A DNA stretch of 64,000 nt from an uncultured Flavobacterium sp. (GTDB taxonomy: Bacteria; Bacteroidota; Bacteroidia; Flavobacteriales; Flavobacteriaceae), in the NCBI RefSeq assembly GCF_963975515.1, contig NZ_CAXBGY010000012.1, forward strand, positions 12,467-76,466, written 5' to 3'. Position numbers and translations under genes: made by a program. The notes under the pieces are model-generated. The model searched no databases, had not been told where the DNA came from, and saw only the letters and a program-made list of their open reading frames with translations. Position 1 is the first letter of the stretch. Each line of letters begins with the position of its first letter. Of the stretch, positions 48,463-56,675 are shown one piece after another.

Positions 48463-49128
48463 CTATTTAGCTTCACGAATGGTTCCACCAGCAACAACCT
48501 TTTGATTAATTTGTCTTGGTTTTCCATAAATTGTGATGTTTCCACCAGCTCTTACTTTTGCATCCACTAAATTGGTTGCATAAATATCAGCTTCACCACC
48601 AGCATTTACAGTGATTGTAGTTTGTTCTGTTTCTAAAGATTTAGCGTTATAAATTGCACCCGAATTTACTAACAAATCTTGATTTTTAGCTTTACCAGTT
48701 ACATTTATAATTGCTCCAGAAGTTCCTTTTACGTTAAGTTTATCAACATCAAGTGTTAGTTTAATTTCAGCACCTTCTTTGGCAATGATATCAAAAATTG
48801 TGGTTTTAAAAGTTTCAGAAGAAGATATTCTTGAACCTTCATTCGCTTCAACAGCTTCAATATTTTTGTAATATAAAGTCACCGAAATATCTTCTCCACC
48901 CATTGTTTGTGAAAAAGGCATTCTTATTTTTAATTCACCATTTTTATTAACGGTTTCCACACTTTCAGCTTCATTACCGTTAATTGTAATTCTATTTTCG
49001 GTTGATTTTATTAATAAAACATCTAATTTATCAAAAGAAGTTACTTTAGTAAAATCTCCTAAGGTTCTTTCAACTTGTGAAAAAGCTGCTGTTGATAGTA
49101 ATAGAAATGTAAATGCTAATTTTTTCAT
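48463..49128 (-). CDS. DUF2807 / head GIN domain protein
   Basis: Signal peptide; RTLGDFTKVTSFD, NGELKI and repeated beta-helix-like units (VEANEGSRI, AGGEADIYA, VRAGGNITIYGKP). Confidence 0.8.
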   Translation of the reverse strand: MKKLAFTFLLLSTAAFSQVERTLGDFTKVTSFDKLDVLLIKSTENRITINGNEAESVETVNKNGELKIRMPFSQTMGGEDISVTLYYKNIEAVEANEGSRISSSETFKTTIFDIIAKEGAEIKLTLDVDKLNVKGTSGAIINVTGKAKNQDLLVNSGAIYNAKSLETEQTTITVNAGGEADIYATNLVDAKVRAGGNITIYGKPRQINQKVVAGGTIREAK

Positions 49129-49400
49129 GATATTAAATTTAAAAATATTGTTAGACTAAATATAAATAATCCTGCTTCAAGTATATTTAAGTTCATTCTA
49201 TCATAAATAAATTTTCTAAAAATAAAATCTAGAAACAAAAGAAGTAAACTAAATAAAAAGAATAAATAAGCAAAACCTCTAGCGTAACCATGATAATCTA
49301 GTCTATTTACACTTGAAAAAAATAATATAATTGAAATAATAATTAATAATATTCCAATTATATTAAAAACAGATATTTTACTTTTTATGAAATTATTCAT
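49125..49400 (-). CDS. Small hypothetical membrane protein (about 3 TM segments)
   Basis: 91-aa hydrophobic ORF whose stop overlaps the next start (ATGA). Confidence 0.6.
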   Translation of the reverse strand: MNNFIKSKISVFNIIGILLIIISIILFFSSVNRLDYHGYARGFAYLFFLFSLLLLFLDFIFRKFIYDRMNLNILEAGLFIFSLTIFLNLIS

Positions 49401-49450
49401 TTTTAAAACAAATCAAAAACTGTTCCTTTTTAGAAATAAACGTGAACTTT

Positions 49451-49512
49451 GTCAAGCTGGACTCGATTCAGCTTCTAAAATAAATGTGATTCTGAATCAA
49501 GTTCAGAATGAC
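49451..49512. repeat. Inverted pair of REP-like palindromes (BIME-like)
   Basis: GTCAAGCTGGACTCGATTCAGCTTC (49451-49475) and GATTCTGAATCAAGTTCAGAATGAC (49488-49512), with outward GTCA/TGAC ends. Confidence 0.75.
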
Positions 49513-49566
49513 AAGGTTTAAATAAATATAGTTAACCACAAACAAAGACTAATCACTAGTAACTAA

Positions 49567-51744
49567 TTACTCTTTCTTTCTTAAATAAGTAAAATCAAGT
49601 TGTTTCTTAACTAAATCTGCGTTTTTAACTTTAACGTAAACTTCGTCTCCTAATTGTATGATGTTTTTAGAAACTTCACCAACTAGTGCATATTGTTTAT
49701 CATCAAATGTGTAATAATCATCTTTAATTTCTCTAATTCTACACATTCCTTCACATTTATTTTCAATGATTTCAACGTAAATTCCCCATTCAGTAGCACC
49801 AGAAACAACACCTAAGAATTCTTCATCTTTATGATCTTGCATGTATTTCACTTGCATGTATTTGATAGAATCCCTTTCGGCTTGTGTTGCTAAATATTCC
49901 ATATTACTAGAATGTTCACATTTTACTTCATAATCTTCTGCTGAAGCACTTTTTCCACCATCTAAATAATATTGAAGTAATCTATGTACCATTACATCAG
50001 GATAACGTCTAATTGGTGATGTAAAATGACTGTAGTAATCAAATGCTAAACCATAATGACCAATATTCTCCGTTGAATATTTAGCCTTACTCATCGTTCT
50101 AATTGCCAAAGTGTCAATTAAATTTTGTTCTTTTTTACCATTAACATCTTGCATTAATTGATTTAAAGATTTAGAAACATCTTTTTTATTTCGTAAATCT
50201 AATTTGTAACCAAATTTAGAAATCAAGGCTTGAAGATTTAATAATTTATCTTCATTTGGTTCATCGTGAATTCTATAAACGAATGTTTTCTTTTGTTTTC
50301 CAATGAATTCTGCTACTTTTCTATTCGCTAAAAGCATGAATTCTTCAATTAAATGATTAGCATCTTTTGAAACTTTAAAGAAAACTCCAACAGGTTCAGC
50401 TTCTTCATTCAAATTGAATTTTACTTCTACTTTATCAAACGAAATGGCACCAGCTTGCATTCTTTTTTTACGAAGAATTTTGGCTAATTCATCTAATTTT
50501 AAAGTTGCTTCAACTATTGGTTCTGGAACTTGATATGATTCTCCAGTTATAGAAATATCAGCTGGAATTATATCTGACTTAGTTTCAATAATACTTTGTG
50601 CTTCTTCATAAGCAAATCGTTGATCTGAATAAGTTACAGTTCTTCCAAACCAAGAATCAACTATTTCAGCTTTATTATTCAATTGAAAGACTGCTGAAAA
50701 TGTATATTTCTCTTCATGAGGACGAAGTGAACAAGCAAAATTAGATAAAACTTCAGGTAACATTGGTACAACTCTATCTACTAAATATACTGAAGTTGCT
50801 CTGCTATAAGCTTCATCATCTAAAATAGTTCCTTCTTTTAAATAATGCGAAACATCAGCAATGTGAATTCCAATTTCGTAATTTCCGTTATCTAAAACTT
50901 CAAATGATAATGCATCATCAAAATCTTTAGCATCTTTTGGATCAATAGTAAAAGTTAGCGTTTTTCGCATATCTCTTCTTTTATCAATCTCATCTTGCGT
51001 TATAGAAGTATCTATTTTTTTTGCGTATGCTTCTACTTCAATTGGAAAATCATAAGGCAAACCATATTCCGCTAAAATTGCGTGAATTTCAGTGTCATGT
51101 TCTCCAGGTTTTCCTAAAACTTTAGTTACTCTTCCAAAAGGGGAATCAGCTTTCTTTGGCCAATCTTCCATGGTTACTAAAACGACATCACCTTGTTCTG
51201 CTTCACCAATTTTATCTTTTGGAATAAAAATATCAGTGTACATTTTATTGTTAGCTGTTGTAACGAAAGCAAAGTTTTTTTGAATATCAATAACTCCAAC
51301 AAAATCAACTTTATCTCTTTCTAAAATTTCTAAAACTTCAGCTTCTGGTTTACGAGAACTTCTTCTGTTATAAACATAAACTTTTACTTTATCTTTATCT
51401 AAAGCGTGATTTAAGTTTTGGAAAGGAATGTATACATCTTCTTCCAATTCATCACATACAAAATAACCTGATTTTCTGGTTGTCATATCGACTGTACCTT
51501 CGTAATATTCAGATTTTGCAATGATTTTGAATTTTCCTTTTTCTGGTTCTTCGATTTTTCCTTTTTGTTTTAAACGATTTAAATCTTTTATAATTTCGTT
51601 TCTACTTTTGGTATCATCTAAATTTAATGCAGCAGCAATTTGCTTGTAATTAAATGTTTTGTTAGCATCTTTTGCTATAATTTTTAATATTTGTGCAGTA
51701 AAATCTTTTTCGTTACTGCCATACTTTTTAACCTTCTTTGTCAT
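49567..51744 (-). CDS. rnr: Ribonuclease R
   Basis: N-terminal HTH and cold-shock domains, FTIDPKDAKDFDDA, HFTSPIRRYPD and C-terminal S1. Confidence 0.97.
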   Translation of the reverse strand: MTKKVKKYGSNEKDFTAQILKIIAKDANKTFNYKQIAAALNLDDTKSRNEIIKDLNRLKQKGKIEEPEKGKFKIIAKSEYYEGTVDMTTRKSGYFVCDELEEDVYIPFQNLNHALDKDKVKVYVYNRRSSRKPEAEVLEILERDKVDFVGVIDIQKNFAFVTTANNKMYTDIFIPKDKIGEAEQGDVVLVTMEDWPKKADSPFGRVTKVLGKPGEHDTEIHAILAEYGLPYDFPIEVEAYAKKIDTSITQDEIDKRRDMRKTLTFTIDPKDAKDFDDALSFEVLDNGNYEIGIHIADVSHYLKEGTILDDEAYSRATSVYLVDRVVPMLPEVLSNFACSLRPHEEKYTFSAVFQLNNKAEIVDSWFGRTVTYSDQRFAYEEAQSIIETKSDIIPADISITGESYQVPEPIVEATLKLDELAKILRKKRMQAGAISFDKVEVKFNLNEEAEPVGVFFKVSKDANHLIEEFMLLANRKVAEFIGKQKKTFVYRIHDEPNEDKLLNLQALISKFGYKLDLRNKKDVSKSLNQLMQDVNGKKEQNLIDTLAIRTMSKAKYSTENIGHYGLAFDYYSHFTSPIRRYPDVMVHRLLQYYLDGGKSASAEDYEVKCEHSSNMEYLATQAERDSIKYMQVKYMQDHKDEEFLGVVSGATEWGIYVEIIENKCEGMCRIREIKDDYYTFDDKQYALVGEVSKNIIQLGDEVYVKVKNADLVKKQLDFTYLRKKE

Positions 51745-52471
51745 ATTCTTTTTCTTAATAAAGTTTAAAAGTACGAATTAGTATTAAGATTATAGAATTA
51801 AGTATTAAGATTTATTATAATGATAACATTTTTAATTTTTAGTTATCTTTAAAATTCAAAGTTTAATTTTAAAATTTAGAAGTTTTCAACATATATTAAA
51901 AACAACAAAAATATTTTTAATTAATTTTAAATTAATGGTGGTTATGATAGCTTGTTAATAGTTACTATAAAATTTTAAAAAACACATTGGATTTTTAGTT
52001 TGTATAATTTATACACATTAATTAACAATGTTATGAAATTGTAAAGTCCTAAATTTGAACTTATTTTTAGTTTTTATTAACAGTTGTTAACAACCAAAAA
52101 AAGGTAATTTTCCTTGATAAGTTTTTTTAAAATTTATGTTGATAAGTGTGTTTTTAATGCTTATAAATTTTCAAAAAATAATCGAAACTTTAATAGGATT
52201 TTAAAATGCAGTTTTGGATTAGATAAAATATCTATACAATGCTAAAAAACTTCTAAAAAACTATCTTAATTTATTAACAATTGATGTTAAATTAACATTA
52301 ACTGATTATCAAGTAGTTGTAAAATTCTATTAACAATGCTTTTTTTGATAATTTTAATTAACTGTAAATCAGTAATCTATAAAAAAAAGTAAGAAAAGAT
52401 GTTTTCTATTTACTTTATAATTCTGCTTTAACTAACTTTGTATCAAACATACACACTAAAAATAATACTAA
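51745..52471. other. 727-bp AT-rich divergent intergenic region rich in DnaA-box-like 9-mers; oriC candidate
   Basis: TTATACACA 52009, TTATTAACA 52074 and 52271, TGTTGATAA 52137, plus near matches at 51953, 52085, 52158, 52306 and 52327. Confidence 0.45.
52433..52440 (+). promoter_or_regulatory. -7 promoter element for rpiB
   Basis: TAACTTTG, 31 nt before the ATG. Confidence 0.65.
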
Positions 52472-52903
52472 ATGAAAATTTCAATCGGAAACGACCATGC
52501 TGGTCCAGATTATAAAAAGGCAATTGTAGCTTATTTAGAAGAAAAAAGACATACAATTATTAACCATGGAACAGATACTTTTGATAGTGTTGATTATCCA
52601 GACTTTGGACATGAAGTTGCTTATGATGTACAAATGAAAAAAGCCGATTTTGGAATTGTAATTTGTGGTTCAGGAAATGGAATTGCAATGACTGCAAATA
52701 AACATCAAGATGTTCGTGCTGCTTTATGTTGGATTAAAGAAATTGCTGAATTAGCTCGTCAACATAATGATGCTAATGTAATAAGTATTCCGGCAAGATA
52801 TACTTCAATTCCACAAGCTGTTGCAATGGTTGAAACTTTTTTAACTACAGAATTTGAAGGCGGAAGACATGCTAATAGAGTAAATAAAATTGCTTGTAAA
52901 TAA
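52472..52903 (+). CDS. rpiB: Ribose-5-phosphate isomerase B
   Basis: IGNDHAG, VDYPD, ICGSGNG, ARQHNDANV and FEGGRHANRV. Confidence 0.97.
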   Translation: MKISIGNDHAGPDYKKAIVAYLEEKRHTIINHGTDTFDSVDYPDFGHEVAYDVQMKKADFGIVICGSGNGIAMTANKHQDVRAALCWIKEIAELARQHNDANVISIPARYTSIPQAVAMVETFLTTEFEGGRHANRVNKIACK

Positions 52904-52917
52904 TAATTTAGATATTC

Positions 52918-53017
52918 GGATTTTCAGATTAAAGATTTTCAGATGTAATTTTTAAAAATAACGTTTAGTACTATCTTACTTTTTCTGAACATCTAATGTC
53001 TGAAAATCTGAAAATCC
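52918..53017. repeat. Inverted 7-8-mer arrays between rpiB and the CDF gene
   Basis: GGATTTTCAGATTAAAGATTTTCAGATG (52918-52945) and CATCTAATGTCTGAAAATCTGAAAATCC (52990-53017). Confidence 0.65.
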
Positions 53018-53023
53018 AAAATA

Positions 53024-53926
53024 ATGAGTCACAACCACATTCATAAACATCAAGTACAAGGAAAAAACTTATTGTATTCCATTTTATTGAATGTGGTTAT
53101 TACGGTTGCACAAGTTATAGGTGGAATAATTTCAGGAAGTTTAGCGTTACTTTCAGATGCATTACATAATTTTTCGGATGTTATATCCTTAGTTATCAGT
53201 TATGTTGCTCATAAATTATCAAGAAGAAAGGCATCTTATGAACAAACTTTTGGGTTAAAACGTGCTGAACTAATTGCAGCTTTCGTAAATGCTTTGTCTT
53301 TAATTGTTGTGGCAATTTATTTGGTTTATGAAGCTATTTCTCGCTTTTTTCATCCACATGATATTCAACCAACAATAGTTATTTGGTTAGCAGCACTTGG
53401 AATTTTAGTCAATGGTTTTTCTGTTTTATTGCTAAAAAAAGACGCTGATCACAACCTAAATATGAAATCGGCTTATTTACATTTATTAACAGATATGTTA
53501 GCATCTGTTGCAGTTTTGATTGGAGGAGTTTTAATGTATTATTTTCAAATTTATTGGATAGATAGTGTTTTAACTTTGATAATAGCAATTTACTTAATCA
53601 TTGTTGGAGCTGATTTATTATTAAAAGCCACCAAAATGTTAATGCTTTTTACACCAGAAGAAATTGATATAAAAGAAATTGTAAAAACAGTCAATCAAAT
53701 AAAAGGTGTAAAATTATTGCATCACGTTCATGTTTGGCATTTAAATGAAGAAGAATTACATTTAGAAGCACATTTAGATTGTTCAGAAGATATAAAGTTG
53801 AGCGAATTCAACGATATGTTACATCAAATAGAGAAAGTGTTGTTTGAAAAATTTCATATTAATCACGTAAATATCCAACCAGAATTTCAAAAAGAAGATC
53901 CAAAAGAAATAATTGTGCAGGATTAA
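53024..53926 (+). CDS. Cation diffusion facilitator (CzcD/ZitB-like) transporter
   Basis: His-rich N-terminus, SLALLSDALHNFSD, NMKSAYLHLLTD and HHVHVW. Confidence 0.95.
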   Translation: MSHNHIHKHQVQGKNLLYSILLNVVITVAQVIGGIISGSLALLSDALHNFSDVISLVISYVAHKLSRRKASYEQTFGLKRAELIAAFVNALSLIVVAIYLVYEAISRFFHPHDIQPTIVIWLAALGILVNGFSVLLLKKDADHNLNMKSAYLHLLTDMLASVAVLIGGVLMYYFQIYWIDSVLTLIIAIYLIIVGADLLLKATKMLMLFTPEEIDIKEIVKTVNQIKGVKLLHHVHVWHLNEEELHLEAHLDCSEDIKLSEFNDMLHQIEKVLFEKFHINHVNIQPEFQKEDPKEIIVQD

Positions 53927-53976
53927 TTTTTATATTCAAATAAAAAAGCTACATTTCTTTACAATTAAAATAGAAA

Positions 53977-55029
53977 ATGAGCGGAGAAAAACCACAGTTA
54001 AAAAAACAATATTATCCCATAAATTCTAACCTAAGAAGTTATTTAGAAAAGTATAAAAGACTAACCAAAACCAGAGTTTTTTATGATGATTTGTTACGTT
54101 TTCAAGGAGGTATATCTGTTTTTGATAAAGAAGACAAAGATACTTTATGGGTTAGAGTTTACTACAACGAATTTGAAAAGTACGAACTAGATAAGAGTCT
54201 AAAAAAAGTATATACACTATTACATTCAGATGGAGATGAAAGTAGTATAGAGTATTTAAATGTTGATTATATTGATTTTTGCACCTTTGGAAACTCAAAA
54301 CCATTTCGAGTAAAAATCAGAAATATTCTAAACGACAATTACACACATTTTTACATAAAACAAGCAGATGCTTCAAGAATTTTTGGTTTAGAAATTGAAC
54401 ATATTATTTCACCAAATAGCATTAACTTTTTAGTTTTTGAAAACACACTTATAGAAGAACACATTGTTGGAATTCCAGGAGATGTTTTTTTAGAAGAAAA
54501 CTTAAAAGAATGTAATGAACATGAGAAAACTCAAATAGCAAAAGAGTTTGTAAAATTCAATGAGCGTTGTATGATTGGCCTTTTAGGAGATATGCGTTCT
54601 TATAATTTTGTGGTTATTCCGATTTATGATTTTGACCAACGAATTTTTAGAATTAGAGCCATCGATTTTGACCAACAAAGTTATGAAGGAAGTTTTAAAC
54701 TTTACAAACCTCACTTATTTAAAGAAAATTTTAAGTTTTCAGAATTAGTTCAAAATAAATTGAATCCTAAATCAATTACACAATATCAAATAGAAGAACG
54801 TTCAATTATTGTAAAAAGGTTAATTGATACAAAAGCAAGATTAAGACGATTAATTGAAGCTATGAAATCGACAAAGCTAGCACCAATTGAACATATTCAG
54901 CAACTACAAGAAGAAATTTATGAAGTGACTCTAGATATGGATTTCAAAAAAGCCAATTCAATGGGAGAAATTGTTCAAGCAGCTTTAAATTTTATGATCA
55001 GAAATTATAAGGTAGAAGACAATAATTAA
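53977..55029 (+). CDS. Hypothetical protein with putative atypical-kinase (HipA/PI3-4K-like) motifs
   Basis: G105-NSKP, FYIK128, LEIE, GD205-MRSY-N210 and ID230-FD in kinase-like order. Confidence 0.6.
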   Translation: MSGEKPQLKKQYYPINSNLRSYLEKYKRLTKTRVFYDDLLRFQGGISVFDKEDKDTLWVRVYYNEFEKYELDKSLKKVYTLLHSDGDESSIEYLNVDYIDFCTFGNSKPFRVKIRNILNDNYTHFYIKQADASRIFGLEIEHIISPNSINFLVFENTLIEEHIVGIPGDVFLEENLKECNEHEKTQIAKEFVKFNERCMIGLLGDMRSYNFVVIPIYDFDQRIFRIRAIDFDQQSYEGSFKLYKPHLFKENFKFSELVQNKLNPKSITQYQIEERSIIVKRLIDTKARLRRLIEAMKSTKLAPIEHIQQLQEEIYEVTLDMDFKKANSMGEIVQAALNFMIRNYKVEDNN

Positions 55030-55030
55030 T

Positions 55031-55747
55031 TTGAGAAAAACACTATTCATACTTTGTACGTTAGGAATTATTTCTTGTAAAAAAGAAGTAAAAGAACCTA
55101 TTGAAAAAATTCAAGAACAAAAAAAAACTCAAATAGATTCAATTCTTAAACAAACTGAAACTATTGAAACTAACAAAAACAGTTCTGAAACAACTATAAA
55201 AGACACTTCATTTGTTAACATACAAACTTTAAGTTCTTACTTCGTTTTAGATTTAAAATACGCTACAACAGATAATTTTTTAAAACAAAAAGTATATGAT
55301 TGTCCCGAATGTTTTTTAAGAATTAGTACTGCAAAAGCTTTGGTAAAAGCCAATAAAGAATTTATTAAAAAAGGTTTCCGTATAAAATTATATGATTGTT
55401 ATCGACCATTAGATGTCCAAAAAAAAATGTGGAAAATTTTACCAGGAACAAATTATGTAGCAAATCCCAAGAAAGGATCAAAGCATAATCGTGGAGCTGC
55501 AGTTGATTTAACTTTAGTAGATTCTTTAGGAAATGAATTAGACATGGGAACAAAATTTGATTTTTTTGGTCCAGAAGCACATCATACGTATACAAAACAT
55601 TCAAAGCAAGTTTTAGCGAATCGAAAATTACTTAAAGAAACCTTAGCAAAATATAATTTTAAAAGCATTTATAACGAATGGTGGCATTATGAATTTCGTC
55701 CAGAAAGATACTCTACAGTCTCTAATTTTAAATGGAAATGCGAATAA
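55031..55747 (+). CDS. M15D D-Ala-D-Ala dipeptidase (VanX/DdpX-like), lipoprotein
   Basis: TTG start, lipobox IISC; DLKYAT, YDCYRP, SKHNRGAAVDLTL and EWWHY. Confidence 0.92.
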   Translation: MRKTLFILCTLGIISCKKEVKEPIEKIQEQKKTQIDSILKQTETIETNKNSSETTIKDTSFVNIQTLSSYFVLDLKYATTDNFLKQKVYDCPECFLRISTAKALVKANKEFIKKGFRIKLYDCYRPLDVQKKMWKILPGTNYVANPKKGSKHNRGAAVDLTLVDSLGNELDMGTKFDFFGPEAHHTYTKHSKQVLANRKLLKETLAKYNFKSIYNEWWHYEFRPERYSTVSNFKWKCE

Positions 55748-55765
55748 TATTTAACTTTACTGACT

Positions 55766-56584
55766 ATGCAAACAATTGATAAAGCCTTAATTAAAAGTAT
55801 TTATAAAAAGAGAAACGAAAACTCCCATAAAGGAAATTATGGTCATTCTTTATTAATTGCAGGAAGTAAAAATAAAATGGGAGCAGCTTTGATAGCTTCA
55901 AAAGCCTGTTTGCGTTCTGGAACAGGTTTACTAACCGTTTCAATTCCTGAAGAAGAAAGAAATACGCTAAATACTTTTTTACCAGAAGCAATGCTTTCTT
56001 TTAGAGATAACCTCATAGATTTTTCATTGTTTGATGTTGTTGGAATCGGACCAGGTTTAGAACAAAATGAAGCGGCTCAAAAATTAGTTTATTCTGTTTT
56101 TTTAAAAGCAAAATCTTTAGTTATTGATGCAGATGCTTTAAATATTTTAGCCCAAAATCAAGATTGGTTTAGTCAGTTACCCAAAAACTCAGTTTTAACA
56201 CCACATCCAAAAGAGTTTGATAGATTATTTGGAAATCATGATTCTGAAGAAGAGCGAAGAACAACAGCTATAGTTAAAGCAAAAGAATTCAATTGTATAC
56301 TAGTTTTAAAAGGACACAAAACGTTTATAACAAACGGAATAGATTCTTTTGAAAACACAACAGGAAATTCAGGCCTAGCAAAAGGTGGTTCTGGTGATGC
56401 TTTAACTGGAATGATAACTGCATTTTTAGCACAAAATTATACATGTTTAGAAGCAAGCGTTTTAGGAGTTTACCTTCATGGATTAGCAGCAGACATTACC
56501 TTAGAATCACAAAGTGAAGAAAGTATGTTAATAACAGATGTTATTGAAAACATAGGACTTGCTTTTCAAAAAATTCAAGAATAA
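55766..56584 (+). CDS. nnrD: NAD(P)H-hydrate dehydratase (stand-alone YjeF C-terminal domain)
   Basis: SHKGNYG, IGPGL, VIDADAL, LTPHPKEF and LAKGGSGDALTG. Confidence 0.93.
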   Translation: MQTIDKALIKSIYKKRNENSHKGNYGHSLLIAGSKNKMGAALIASKACLRSGTGLLTVSIPEEERNTLNTFLPEAMLSFRDNLIDFSLFDVVGIGPGLEQNEAAQKLVYSVFLKAKSLVIDADALNILAQNQDWFSQLPKNSVLTPHPKEFDRLFGNHDSEEERRTTAIVKAKEFNCILVLKGHKTFITNGIDSFENTTGNSGLAKGGSGDALTGMITAFLAQNYTCLEASVLGVYLHGLAADITLESQSEESMLITDVIENIGLAFQKIQE

Positions 56585-56675
56585 AATTCAAGAATAAACT
56601 TCATATAAATTCATCACTATTTTTAGTAAACTGAAGTAATTTGCATAAATTGCACCTTAGAAATATAACACCTAA

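Noticed and set aside
46940-49568. Integrative island at tRNA-Cys
   Set aside because: No integrase and no duplicated tRNA 3' end were found, and the tRNA is followed directly by its terminator and an ordinary gene
55766-56584. nnrD as a truncated pseudogene of the fused NnrE-NnrD
   Set aside because: It has an intact start, stop and all dehydratase motifs, and stand-alone NnrD is a known form
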